From NCBI GenBank assembly GCA_020137815.1, contig CM035361.1, forward strand, positions 3,410,001 to 3,474,000: a DNA stretch of 64,000 nucleotides, read 5' to 3'. A model generated the notes under the pieces. That model ran no database searches and had not been told where the DNA came from. It was given only the letters and a program-made list of their open reading frames with translations. This document shows positions 1-13,800 of the stretch, piece after piece; within the stretch, counting starts at the first letter, position 1, and every line of letters begins with the position of its first letter. The DNA is from Hormiphora californensis (Eukaryota > Animalia > Ctenophora). Position numbers and translations under genes: made by a program.

Positions 1-1056
1 CATGCCCCTAGAATTAGTTGAACATTCCTGTTAACATGGTTGCTGTGGAAAGTACATTGTTTGATGAGGGTAGGTTCACATCATACGGCATACCATTAAA
101 ATTATTTTCGTAGGTCCAATTTGACCCTGCATTCTTGGTCTAGTTGAATGTCTGCTTGCTAACCTCTAATTGAGTCTAGAGAGTCTACATGACAGTCCTC
201 AATTTGACAGTTGCCAAGAGGTTAGTTACTGATTGGACTGATACCTGAGAACCCCTAAATACCAACATATCAGAGCAGCTATCAGTTTCAGAGTCATATT
301 TTGAGAGTGGGCGTATGTATTAGGGCAGCTACAGTTTCAGATCACAGATGACACGTTTTGACACACACACACAGATCTGTGAGTGTGTGTATGCATGATG
401 TGAGTGGGTGTATATAATAGTATGCATTTAGGGCAGCTACAGTTTCAGATGTGAGTGGGTGTATGCACATGGCAATGTGGCATGCTGAGAGAGTTATATT
501 AATCCAGTTTCTCTAATAATACCATATTGTAGGGTTGTGTTCCCCCACCACTCTTAGTGTGTGATACATATGTGTTGTGTGTGTATTGTGTACATGTTGG
601 GAGAGAAACATGATCCAGAGAATGTGTGCAACATACCTGCAGTAGGGGGGGTACCAACCTATTTTTTTGTATTTTTTTGTATTTTTTTGTACGGTCCGTA
701 CAAAAAAATAACCAAAATTCCCTGCTTTTTCCGTACAAAAAATACAAAAAAATACAAAAAAATATACTGCTGAAGGGAACTTCTTTAGGGCCCCCTATAA
801 GTCTCTAGAGGTTTGCGGGGTCCTTATACTGGCCTGTATAGCCCTCTAGTTTCGTAGTACTCATAATCCCGGTGTCCCAGCATATTTTTTGGCCGAGAAT
901 GGCCAAAATTTATCCCCATTTTGGCCGATTTTTTCCCGTGGTCTAAGTTAGTTTGATAATAGTTCAAGATAGTGGAACTTTAATTAAATAGTCTAAAAAC
1001 GGTTGAGGTTTTGAATCTAATTTTTTTTATAGTATTTTAAAAGTTTTGAAAAAAAA

Positions 1057-1129
1057 TGGTCCGGGCGAGTTTCGAACCCGGGACCTTCCACGTGTCAAGC
1101 AGATGTAATAACCACTACACCATGGAGGA
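1057..1129 (-). pseudogene. tRNA-Val-derived sequence (GAC in the anticodon position, acceptor stem disrupted) followed by an oligo-T Pol III terminator
   Basis: Reverse strand reads TCCTCCATGGTGTAGTGGTTATTACATCTGCTTGACACGTGGAAGGTCCCGGGTTCGAAACTCGCCCGGACCA then T8. A-box, B-box, T-arm and anticodon arm are recognisable and close to canonical metazoan tRNA-Val. Confidence 0.75.
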
Positions 1130-1440
1130 GCTGACATGACTGCGATTTGAGAGTATATATTCTAGCGAGCACACAATTGGCCGGGGGAGAGAGGCCGATT
1201 CGGCTTTTTCAGTTTTTCGGCCTTCTTATGCCTCCTTTTTCCAGGCATGAGGGGGAATAAGTAGGCATATTCGGCCGAAAAATGAAATTTCATCAGAAAA
1301 TAAAGCTTGGGCACTATCCCGACATATTTTTGCACGCTGAATCACGTGAGCTACTTTTTAAAGTGCTCAGAGGTGAGGAAAGTGCCCTAATTGGCCATAA
1401 TTGAACCTAATTGGTCAAAAATTGAAATTTCATAGAAGAC

Positions 1441-1470
1441 ACTAGTAGGCCCGTTCGCCCTACGGGCGAA
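1441..1470 (-). mobile_element. Possible Helitron-type 3' terminus
   Basis: Minus strand shows hairpin TTCGCCC-GTA-GGGCGAA about 10 nt upstream of CTAGT. The other end was not found. Confidence 0.35.
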
Positions 1471-2364
1471 TTTCGGGGAAATGGTAGCTTGATTAGGGAA
1501 CGCTGACATCACCTGCACCATCCGTTCCTAGCCTATCTCTCACTTTCTCCCTTCTCATGGTGTTGTACGCTCTGGGCTTCCTGACAATGTCAAGGTCCGA
1601 ATTTAAGAGATCGATGTCATCGAGGTGCAGTGCTGTTCCAGAAACTCATCACGTGAAAACTTGACCGCTATGTAGCCGATTCGGAGATTTCTATATTCGA
1701 CTGGAGTAATCACCCTTGGGCGAGGTTGGGCAAAGGCTTTACCGTAAAGCTATCCTCAGTGGTTGATTGGCTCGCTTGAACACGTTGGCGTAATCTGTCA
1801 TATTCTCTAGCCTGCTCTCTGACAGCAGCAGATCTTCTGGACCCATATAACCGTTGTCGAATAGCGCTTGGGGTGGAAGAGCTAGACATCAGGATTCAGG
1901 ACAGAAGTAAAAGAATGCACGTGCAGAATTGAATTCCCCCTTGGTACCCAGTTCTGCAACCGGGAGAGATCTCTCCAGGTCGCTCTAATAATTGCACGTG
2001 CAAGACTTGTACTTAGTGTAGTTGCTAGGTGATCACCGTTACACAATTTGCTTAGTAAGTAGTATGATTGAATAGTCAAGTTTGAGCACTAACCCCACTA
2101 ATTTTGGTACGCTGAGTTACGTGAGCTACTTTTTGAAATCCTCTGATGCCAATTAAGGGTGCTAATTGACATAATTGGATGTTAATTGGTAATGCTGAAG
2201 AATGTATTATGTAATGTCATTACCCACTATCCCCACACATGTGAGGCTTGTTCCCTTGTTCGTAAATCGGCACTTTTTGCATTTCCATTGCTTGCATGTC
2301 GTGTATTTAGGCATCGCTAATGCTATGAATTTCTGCACATTAGTAAGACTTGTTCTAGTTAGGA

Positions 2365-2634
2365 AAGGAGACTAACGACTAGCCGGGCACGCTGTGCGTC
2401 ATCCTGAACTTACGCTCAACAAGGTCATACTCTGGGAGCCTCTCCATGGAAATTCCAGGCGAGGGCGACCAAAGCAGACCTTTGTGGATGTACTCAGGCG
2501 GGACACGGGACTCAGGGAGACCTCCGAGATAGCTACTGTTATGTCTGATCGTGACGGATGGAGAAGTGTTATTCATGGAGTTCGGAAATACCACACGTGG
2601 AATCCGCCCTAAGTCAAGTAAGTCAAGTAAGTCA
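2365..2634 (+). mobile_element. 3' end of an RTE-clade LINE (5'-truncated)
   Basis: Peptide ILWEPLHGNSRRGRPKQTFVDVLRRDTG...DRDGWR is typical of the RTE ORF C-terminus; (TAAGTCAAG)n tail; AGTTAGGA repeated on both flanks. Confidence 0.75.
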
Positions 2635-4644
2635 AGTTAGGAGTCGTGGGGACGGGGAATGGTAAAATAAACTAAATAAACACTCTAGAGGCCTTTAAAG
2701 GCCAATAGAAGGACCTCGAGCGCCTCTAGAGACCTGTAGAAGGCACCAAAGAAGTTCCCGACAGCAGTAAACTTTTTTGTATTTTTTTGTATTTTTTTGT
2801 ATTTTTTTGTATTTTTTTGTATTTTTTTGTACGGACCGTACAAAAAAATATTGCCTGCTTTTTCCGTACATCCGTACACAAAAATGGTTGATACCCCCCC
2901 CTGCAGTAGCGGCATACAACATGTGTTGTGACCTATTATAGCTGTGGTATGTGGAGTTTCAGTTTGAGTTTTATAGTGGCTCCTCTTTTCTGATTCATGT
3001 TATGGCCCCTCTTTGTGTCATGTTGTGGCCCCTCTTTGAATCGTGCTGTGTCCCTATTTGAATCTTGTGAGGGGCCCTGCGAGTAGGACCCTGAACTCTG
3101 TGTAGTTTTATAGTCTTGTTAGACCTCTACATCTGTGGGTACAAAGCCCCTAGCAATGGAAAATTATTTAATATTTTATTATGCCGAATAGTTTTCAACC
3201 TGATCACATCATATTCACACACTTGTTCCCTTCCATACCCGCATTATTATAGCGTTTTGTTTGTTATCTGATACAGATTGCACGTTTTTGAAGAGGTCAG
3301 ACCAAGATGAGCTATCTTGATGAAATGCCGTCGTCCAATAGGTACATTGCAATAGGATCATTTTACACGTCCAACCTCCGTTAGATATACCTACAACATC
3401 GTTTAAGTATATAGCTTGCCCCCAATGGACAATGTGGATTGAGTCATCGAACCTCAAGCCGCAGTTATTTAACATGCCGGCTACTGTTATAATCCCCTCT
3501 CCTCATTCATGTTTCTCTCCAGTCTCCCTCTCTCCCTCCCCATCTCCCTTCATGTTTCTCTCTCTCCAGTCTCCCTCTCCAGTCTCCCTTCATGTTTCTC
3601 TTTGCGGTTGTATGTGGTGCACATGATAATATTTTGTGTTTTTCTTTGTCTACTGCTTCACCATGGTGGCGTACAAACACAGAACTTTGCCTTGCGGTTA
3701 TATTGTGCCTCGACCCTTGCTTTCAGAATAGGTTGTTCTGAGCGCTAAAGTGTGCAAGAACGGGTCTAGCGTTGTAGTAGTAACCGGGTGTAAAAGAATA
3801 GCTTTTATAAGCTGATAGGGAGATTATGGAGCGTAGATAAAACGATTTCAGAGTTGAGAGAGATAAGGAGGAAGAGAGAGGGAGAGAGATATAGAGGAAT
3901 AAGGGTAAGGATAAATATAGAGATATATAGAGAGAGGAAAAGATAGAGAGGGATACAGATAAAGAGAGGGGGGATAGAAAGATGAATGGACATTAGTGTT
4001 CCACTATAAGCTGTGATCTTCATTTCATGTATGCTCTAAACACAGCTTTCAGATCCACAGTTCAGCACACCTTGTAGTACTAACAGTTCAACATAGGTCT
4101 CCTCACTGCAACACAGCTTTTGATTTGACTGTAATGTTATAGTCATCTGTCTAGAGGGATCTTCTGCTGTCTAGCCTTTGTCTAGACTCTGTCTAGACTC
4201 TGTCTAGACTCTGTCTAGACACTGTCTAGCCTCTTAGTTTTGACTCTAACCTGACTCTAATATGACACTCCATCTTCACTAATGTTACCCCACATTATTA
4301 GACACCACAATAATATAGCTATATCTGTCAATGCTCTGACCACGGTTCTCGCTCCAATGCTGTTACAGAGCTATATCATACAGTGTTGCTGATTTAGAAT
4401 GTAAATTAGAGCTATTACCACTTCTATATCTGTTCTGCACTCTGTATTCTTAAGAGACATCACTTTTGTATTTTGTAGATGTGTAGCACTTTTCTGCAGA
4501 ATATCCAGTACAGTGAACACATTGTGTGTCGCCAAGACTCCAGTCGTCTGGTCGCCATGCCAACTGCATCGAATCCAAAACTAAGACATGAAACTTGTGT
4601 ATTAGTTTAGCTCACATAATATCAACTGCGTGTATTTGTAGGTA

Positions 4645-7038
4645 GGGTATACCGGGGTAATTTGGACGGTGGGGCAATGTGGTCACAGGACGGTGCAATG
4701 TGGACTAGTGATTTATATGGGACTTTTAAATTGTGGTGTTCAGTGTGAAATAACGAAAAATGACGACTTTAAAGTTTAACTTTATTTCGGTAAACTTAAT
4801 TATAATAATTATTTAAATTATGGGTCAGAATTGCACAATATGATATTTTTCTATCCAGTTTCATCATCAAAATGACATTAGCTTTCGATTTAATTAGCTA
4901 ATTAGCATTTTAATGAAGCGGGGCAATTCGGAAAATTTGGGGCAATTCGGACGAAAAAATCGGGGGCAATTCGGTCATAAACCAGATTGCCGCATGGGGC
5001 AATTTGGACTAGACCAAATTGCCCCATGGGGCAAATTGGTTAAGACAAATTGGCCTCATGGCGCCATTATACTCGTTTCTATGGAAACCATAGACAACCT
5101 ACTTTCATAATTATCCTATTCAATCAATATAGATGGCTAAAACTGAGTAAATATACCAAAAAAATAGAAGAAAGGCGCATTTTACACCCAATTCTCTGCT
5201 TGCCAAGGTGACAAGTCAATCCATGGTGTGGTATTCGACAAACCAACTTAATGGGGTGCTCCAGAATATCTAGGACTGGTGCTTTGATAACCAAAAGTAG
5301 TGTTCTATCATGATAATCATCCTTATACAGCTGATAAAACTGAATAAAGGGATAAATTACAGGCTAAATTAGAGCAATAGGCATACATTTGATAACCAAA
5401 GCCACTGATTGGCTTGCCATGGCTGGTAACTGAGGGCAGTCTGATGTCTCATTGTGATTCACAATCATGTTTAAACAATCGATAGTCTAATAATACGGAT
5501 GTATTGGGTGAATTTGGAGCAAGAAAATAGTACATTACTGCAAATTCGCCGGTTGCTATGGTAACAAACTCAGTTGCTATAGCAACCCCAGGGAATTGCA
5601 TTGAGTGGGAATCAGCCACGAACATGATTTATTAGACTGGATCCCCATAATAGAAATTTCTGGCCTTGTAAGCACCTGAAAACACAGACACCATTCCTTT
5701 GAAAAACGTAGCTTTATTTGTGACTTTTTGATCTTTGATGTCGATTTCGAAAATGCACCCTGTTGATATAGATTTGATGAACACTTAATTTTTTTGGTTA
5801 ATTAGGCTAATTACTACCTAATTAACTAATTTTGAAAAAAGGAATAGCACGGGATACTAAGTTACTAGATGACTGAAAAGTTTGAAATCGATATCTCAAA
5901 AACTGTGGCTACAATCTAAGTTTGTCCGAATAGCCCCAACCTCGGTCTGATTTACATCGCAGATTTACAGCTGGGGCAATGTGGTGTGTCGCGGTCACGT
6001 GATTGAATGTGCGCATTGTGATTGGTGTAGAAGCCACTAGTCCAAATTGCCCCGTGTCTCGCGATCGAAATATTCCGACTTACCTTCATTACAAGGTTAA
6101 TTAGCTATCTAAAAGTTGCTTCGGTGTAAATTGTTCTAGCTCTAGATAAGGTTCAGTTGCACAAATTGAGTAGCTACTAATTGATTAGTACATATTCTGC
6201 CCCAAGTTCAACCCCTCCTTTTTGTTTCTCACCTTTATGTGGTGCAAATAATATTTGGTTTTTTTTTGTTCCCAAGGTGGTTTCGTACAACTAAACTTTG
6301 CTGCTATAATTGGAAAAGGGATTTTACCGGCTCAAATAGGATGTACTGACATTTAAAACCCAAAGCCCCCAATGGCTTGATTCCTTGTTAAAGAAGTCTT
6401 TTATGGTTAAGGGTTTAACATGATAAACATTTCATGTTTGGGTAAGGAGGAAGAAATTAGAATGGGAAATCCCCGTGAAAAAAATGTATAGACGGGAAAA
6501 GATGAGGGGATAGAAAAGATAAATGACTGGATCCCCCTAAAGGGTTATCTTCTTCCTTGTAGCAAAACCCACAGCCCTTCCCTTGAAACACCTTTGTTAA
6601 CTTTTTTAACTTTAGGTTTTCCCCATGCAACCCGTTTTTGATTTTGACTTAATTTTTTGTTTTGGGCTAAATCTTTTTCTTTAAACTTTGAAAAGGTAGC
6701 CGTATAATTTCTAGAACTGAGTTTATTTGACTCAACAACCTTGCCCCCAATTTTATTGTTAACCCCCAAACCTCCCCCAAATTAATGCTATATCCGGGGC
6801 AATGTTGCCGGGTTTCCGTCAATGCTGTTAGGCATTATGGGTTGTGAAATGTAAATTCCCTTTCCCTTCAAATTTTCCACTTTATTCTTAAAAAGGATTT
6901 GTATTTGTAATTTAGACTTTTCCTGGGAAATGTTGGGGCCTTGTCCCAATTTCCCACAATTGGGCTCAACCCTTTTGAATCAAAATTAAGAAGGGCTTGA
7001 ATTTTACCAAAATAACCGTCCAAATACCGGTTATACCC
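4645..7038. mobile_element. Degenerate pogo/Tc1-mariner-like DNA transposon
   Basis: TA|GGGTATACCGGGGTAATTTGGACGG ... CCGTCCAAATACCGGTTATACCC|TA; internal GGGGCAATT(C/T)GG repeats; decayed minus-strand peptide near 5470-5530 (FLAPNSPNTSVLLDYRLFK) resembles the DDE_1 LPPNTT..QPLD..F motif. Confidence 0.6.
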
Positions 7039-10000
7039 TACTATACAGCGTAATTGTTTTCAAAACCATCTTCAACTTTTTGACGTAAAAACGTGATTTG
7101 AGTTTAACACCGATATAACCCTTGTTGCATGTTCTAACCCTCCTTTTTTGTGATAACAATTCATAAAACTCCTAATTGTCCCTCTACAGTTCTCTCCCTA
7201 CAATGCATCATGACACCACTCGGATAATTTCCCAATATATGCACCTTCGAACTTCCGCTATCTAAACTACATCATAAACCCAGCTGCGGCGCTGCATGAG
7301 CAGCTGTTCCCCACTCCCCACTGGGGACTGGGGAGTCCCCAGGCGAACGAGAGGAAAATAGAGGGACTCCCAAGTGCATCTAACTCCCACATCTTCCACC
7401 CAACTTCCGACTCATATTTCTACATTGCTTGCATGTGTGCGTGTTTTCTATGGCTGCTCTGCACGTTATTGTCACGCCCTTTTTTTTCGCAGTGAGAAGA
7501 AAAGAGATATTATATAGTACTGTAGTTTGAACATGTCAATAGCTGCTTGATAATCATTGCTCGATCTGGTTACGATGCTTGATACTGTTGATAAAGATCA
7601 TAATCGTGTCGTCATATGTTAAACCATGCATAGTGGACAGCGTGTGTTATAAGAGTGGCTAGTTTTGAAAATAGTTCGTATAGTAGTCCATATTGTTTGG
7701 TTTGGTTCGACCTCGTACTGCACCCCGGGGGGGGGGGGGGGGGGGGGGGGGGCTACTACCGTCTACCCTTGATCATCTACCGAACCTTCACAGAGCGTGG
7801 TGTGAGCCCCAAGCACGCCTGGCTATAAAGTGGTACTGTTGTTGTATCTATCGACCCTATAACTCCTGTTGCCTTGTGAATAATATCAAAATTTCGCCAA
7901 CTAAGATTATTTAAAACTGATAAATACTCCAAAAATTGTTTTTCGTACGTGATGTAGTGGTATATAAGTGAAATGTAGCTACAAATTATTTGCAAACACT
8001 GCTGGCAAATGGCCCTGCGTTCTAACTTCTAATATTTAATAGCGTGTCTGAGCTCTGTAAGTTAGTGTCCGTCAGAGTTCCGTAGTTTTCGTTAAAATAC
8101 TTGTTAAGTGTGAAAATACGTACATGTCGCTCACATTGTGACGCTCACATATAATTGGTTCGATCATGAAAATACCAACATACCATCTGGAAATATTTGA
8201 TAGCCGTACGTTTGGTTTCTCTTTCGTGATAAATGGACTTTGATCGTTGTGACTAAAAAATGAACTTTCTTTGTAAAACTTAATTTTGTTCAGATCTCGT
8301 TACAGATTTTAGTGAAAACATTCCCTATTTTGTGGGTGCACCTACAGCACTACACCACCAAAATGTGTATACGTATACACCTAGGTGCAGTTGTAGATGC
8401 TGCAATAGTGTGATGTGAAGTGATACCGGAAAATGAAATATAACTAGGGTAATAGAGAGATACGTAATTTTTGTGGTTTGTGACACCGTGCGATGATGTA
8501 CCGGGGTGTGTATTACATTGACTTCGTGATATGCGGTATATAATACATGTAACATGTTACATAGGCAGTGCTTGCATCGTTAAATTTTGTATTGTTAAAT
8601 TCTGCACATGAACCTTTTCTGTTAAATTCAAGTTTTGACCTAGTTCATTTCTGGATATGCCTGATAGATAGTGTAGTGATATCATCTCTGAGATATCTTT
8701 ATCTCTCTCTTTCACTCACTCTCTCTCTCTCTCTCTCTCTTTCACTCCATGTGTGCATGCATGATTCTCACAGATCTGACTTCATAATACACTCTGGAAG
8801 AAGAACTACAGATGAGTTATGACTCATCATCTGCTACGTGTAATAGACACAAGGGAGGGGGTACTTGGGAAGAGTGGGAGGGAGAGTGATGTAGAAGGGG
8901 CGTGAGTTAAAGCTACTTGTCCACAAATTCAGAAAGGAATTTAAAAAGCCCGGTATCCCGAAGTATCATGCTACTGTTGTTGAAATGTTGGTGGTTTTAA
9001 TATAAATTTCGTGATGAGCTGGGATGTGGCGGTGACGCGGCAGAGGGACATCATGAATTGAAACGCGTGCGTTTAACGACCGCAGTTCTCTGAGGAATTC
9101 AAAACCGCCGAATTAATTGATTCCGTCTCTTCTTGTTTTTTTCCGGAGAGGGGGAGGAATAACAATTAATTGCATCTTTGTATACTTTAATAATTGCACC
9201 TTTAATTACCGTACTGGGTGGCTACGTGGTTTTGTGGTTGTGACGAAATTTGGGAAATTAAATTCTTGAAAAACGAGGTTAGATAACCTTTGGGGCCCAT
9301 AGTTTGGGAGATCTGCGTGGGTTAATAGGTCTCTGATGTGGTGTCCCAAGCTGGTTGAACGCGGTGTGAGGAGGGGGGGGGGATCACCGGTCACGAAATT
9401 ATCCCTAACTTTTCTCAGATTTCTGAGGATTAATCTGAGATTATTCCTCGGAGATCTGATTAATAATCTCAGATAATCTCTGGTAATCTTTGAGGGGTAA
9501 TCTCTGAGGGGTAAACCGTAATTTCTGAGGGGTATTTTCGTTACCAAGCGTGAGGGGGAGGGGTGCGTAGGCCGTAGGGACTAGGGGGGGGGGGGGTGGG
9601 GGGGTTGGGGTGGTTGCGTTGGGGAAGGGGGTTGCGTGGTATCCGGGATAATTGTACGTGACAACATGCGTTGCGTGTCATGTTTTTGTGGTCTCGAGAT
9701 GGGTAGTTAAATAGGAACCTGCGTCTTAATTTAAATGGCTCTTTGTGTTCTCTCTCTCTCTATCATCGCATTTTTCTCTATCCCCCCTTTCTCTCTATCT
9801 CTCTATCTCTCTTTTTTCTGCTTGGGGAGCTAGTTGGTGGTGGTATTTCGCTGGCCAGCAAATTTAAATTATTACCACCCCTATTTTCGTTCGTTAGATA
9901 ATTTACCTACATCTCTCCCTCTCTCTCCCTCTCTCTCCCTCTCTATCTCTCCTTCTCTCAAACACACAGCCGCCACTACTATAATGTTCAGCTTGTAATA

Positions 10001-10872
10001 TACCTATCACTAAATGACACTGCTAGCACACACTTACTGTACTAGATTAGTGACTTTAACTTTTGCTTTTTTGCCGACTACTACACACATGAGTTATTTA
10101 ATAGTCTGCATTGCAATATGATATGTCTCGCTCTAATTATCTTGTACAGCTTTAACAGCTCCTTCTTCAATATTTAACGGGTCAAAGGATGATCTTTCTA
10201 CTATTCACTTTTCACTAAATTTTAGCTGTTAAACCTTGTTTGCGTCTTGGTTTAGTTGTTGACATCTCAACAACGTTTGTATTGTTTAGTGAGGGCTCAG
10301 AGGAAAGAAGAAAAAATGAGAGGATCTTACAGTAGCTATTCCTCTTCCACTTCCAGTGCTAGGTACGATACTAAACGACAAGAGGGAGAGATGAGGGAAT
10401 AGCGAGAAAGAGAAATTGACAGATAGAGAGATATCTGGTTGAGAGAAAGATGGATAGATGGAAAGAGAACGATAGAGAGATAGAAATGTTGAGAGAGAAA
10501 GATAGTGAGAATACAAGAAAAGGTTGTAGAAGAGAGAAGAATGACATGGCAAACACCCAAGGTATGAGAAGAGAAAGACATGTGAGAGAGGGGAAGCTCT
10601 TCAAAGTGTTGCTAAACACACACTCAACCTACGTATTCTCTCTGTTTATTGGCACTTTTGTCCAGAGCTTTTCTTTGACAGTACCTAGGTTGAGTAGTGA
10701 GATATGTTCCAACGCAACAAGAGTTCATCTTTACGATCTAAGTAATTCAGATATAACAGCGAACCGAGTATTTTTATAATGTTAATTTCATCTTTCTTTT
10801 TCGGTTCCATTAAATCTGTTGGACATTGACTATAATTGGTAACCACTATTGACTTTGTTTTTCTCGTTGCAG

Positions 10873-13800
10873 GGACACACCGCTACGAAGGACAAGCCTT
10901 ACTCAATACAGCGGGTAAGCGATGCATTTACAGACGGTAATCAAACAAGAGTTACTGGTTTCAAGAAAATACCTTAACAATAAAGAGTTCGTACCGATCG
11001 TTTCCTTGTCGTGCCTCGGTATACATTCTCCACGGGCCGTATTGCCAGGAAATCTGCAGCATTGTGACAAGTGTAGTACGCATTGATCATCACCGGTCTT
11101 GAGAGCAGTTTCTCTAGGGTTATCTCAGAACCTCCCTCTTTCCCCGCCCTGGCCGCCGTGGAGTTGCCAGTTTTGCCTTTCTTGCTTTTGCCAGTTTTCT
11201 TTTTCGGTTTAGCCTGTACAAGAAAAACAAGGGTGTGTTACAGGTCTTAGGCTGGATGAAACTTAGAGAAGCAACAGAGAAATATCAAAATAGAACATAC
11301 CATTCAATGCCATACTGTTCCAAATAGCAATAAGTCTGAGCTGTAGAAACTGCCACTTTTGCCAACTAAATCGTTTTGACGTGCTCCTTCATAAATTCTT
11401 CTCCTCAGACCTGTGTAAAAAGTGGGTAATATGTCGCAGAAGGGCCGGGTTTTTTATAAGAGGGAGAGGAGCAGCATGTACCTTTAAACTAATTTCCCTC
11501 TCTGTATGCCGCGTGTACGCTGCGTGGCGTGATGTTGTTTCAGTACACATCATTTGCCGCTCGGTTTTGCACAGTCGTATTATTATAATATCTAGAACTT
11601 TTTGTACGCGTGATGTCACAGCAAGCCTGGTCGAGCTCTCTCTATTTATCATTTCTCTCTCTTTCCCTCTCTATCACTCTATTTCTCTCTTGGTATCTCT
11701 ATCTCTCTATCTATCTCTATCTCCCTATCTCTCTCTGCACTGGAAGCTTTACAACATCCAACTCACTCTATTTCTTTTTTTCTGTACAAATATACCACCT
11801 TTCATCTCTCTGCCACACACGCGACGTGAAAGCCTAATTTGCTTCGTCTGATTTCCCTCCCCACCAGCAGCTTGCTTTAAACGGTCCACCCTCTTTGTCT
11901 AGTTAAACCCACCCCAGCAGCGCCTATAAAAATCAAGTACGCTAGGAATACTCCAGAATCCTATAGAGCTCACCAGCTTTCTCTGTACTCAGGGGGTTAT
12001 AATTGTACTTTGACACTTGAGCTTTCAACGCCATTTTGCGTGCAGCTGTACCACGTGCTTCCTACTGGGACTCTCATTGGGAAATACTGTGACCACGTGG
12101 CATAATGCTTAATTGGTTAAAGTTGTGTGCTCTCTCTCTCTCACTCTCTTTCTCTATATCCCTCTCCCTCTCTCACTATATCTCTCTCCCTCTCTCTACA
12201 TCACTCTCTCCCTCACTACACACACGCAGCGTTTTAGAGTAATGTGTGGCGGATAAAGTGCTTCAACCCCCCTTTTTGTGTATTTGATCATGTCCTTTTT
12301 CAGTAACTTCTCCCGGCTTCGCTACGGGTAATATTCTAAAATTAGGTCCATTTTAATTCTGTACTTGAATTCCGTACATAGTTTCAGAATCAATTTTCTG
12401 ACATTTCAGAGGCATCCTTCTAACACTGAAGGACATTATTTTAGACTTTAGAAATAGCACTGTCTTTGTTAATAATGGAATGCTAGGAATCTTAAACATT
12501 CCTATAGTTCACCTAAACTATCCTATATATATGAAACCTTACAACACAGCAAGTTAAAAACAGGCTTACCACTCAGTCTCTCTCTCACTGCTTTATACAA
12601 TGTATCCTCCACCCAGGACGGGAAACAGTTCGAGCTATAAAAGCAGCTACACACCCAGCTATCAGACACCCACATCCTCCTATGGTAGTGGATCATATGG
12701 TACAGGAAGCAGTTACTCCAGCGGGCGAGGTAAGTTACCATGGTTACCAGCAGTAGTTACTATGGTTACCACCATCTGTTACCATGGTTACCACGAGCTG
12801 TTATCATGGTTACCACCATCTGTTATCATGGTTGAGTTGTTATCTTGTAGAACTTGTTCTCAAAGTTCCATTGCTAGAAGGGGCAATAGTCATGATTAGC
12901 CTTGTCTTTTGATTAGTTAAAACAGTACTTTGTATCGTAGTGAATCCATTAGTTTCAGTTACATTTTGTATAGAGATTACAAAGTTAAGAGGAAGACTAC
13001 CCCCGGTATCATGTCGAACATTGCAACGGGAGTAGTCTTCCTCTTAACTTTCTAATCTCTATAGATCGTCGTGATATCCTTCATGATTACAAGACATAGT
13101 GTGCGAGAGGAATTATCAAGTGTCAACCCTTGTCTTTTTTCAGGCACAGGATCTTCCTATTCCAGCTCAACATATACCCCTTACAGCAGCTAGTAAGTGT
13201 ACCTAATCTCGTTGTTTTGTTACCGTCTTGTTTTACTTTTGAACAAGCTTTTGAGTTCTGGTTGGACGTACTCTGCAGAATTTTTTTTTAATTAAAAAAA
13301 ACAGCAGTGAGCATACTTTCCAAATACAGTCCGACACCGATTTAACGGCATGCTCTCCGAGCATTGCTCGGGGAGTACTTAAGGGTTTTCCCCGGTAAAT
13401 CGAGATCCGACTGTAACAATCCTTATGATTGATATCGAGGCGTAACCAGAAATAACAATATTAGTGGTATGCGGACTCTAGTGCTACACTCTAAGTCTAC
13501 AGAGGACTCTATATCTAAATTTAGATTTAGATAAAGAGTCCAAATAATTCTAAACTCTTGGAGGACTCTTTATCTAAGAAGTCTACACAGGGCGGACTCT
13601 TTATCTAAAAAGTCTAAACAAAGTGGACTCTATATCTACATAAATCTAAATTAGATATAGAGTCCGCCTTTCGCCGCGAACTCGAGATTTCGGCCGTTAG
13701 GCCGGAAACGAGAGTTTGCTCTACCCCTATACTAATTTAGAAGTGTTAGGGCCGTTATTTGGGTTCGAGGTTAGGGTTAGGGTTAGGGTTAGTGTTAGGG

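Larger units (their letters stand above)
646..2899. mobile_element. Non-autonomous Mutator-like DNA transposon with G-run TIRs and 10-bp subterminal repeats; carries a tRNA-like cassette and nested fragments
   Basis: Termini GGGGGGTACCAACC...GGTTGATACCCCCC; (ATTTTTTTGT)n subterminal repeats at both ends; flanking duplication CCTGCAGTAG at 636-645 and 2900-2909 (8-10 bp depending on where the G/C run is cut). Confidence 0.85.

Noticed and set aside
1057-1129. Functional tRNA-Val gene
   Set aside because: The acceptor stem cannot pair, and the sequence lies within a transposon.
3215-3475. 86-aa minus-strand ORF with a YLND motif, possibly an RT remnant
   Set aside because: Only one weak motif and no supporting structure.
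4479-4610. Possible exon after TTTTGTAG
   Set aside because: No partner exon or homology could be established.
6180-7020. Homopolymer-rich stretch containing a Lys-rich ORF (6545-6769)
   Set aside because: Lies inside a decayed DNA transposon and may be low-quality sequence; no recognisable domain.
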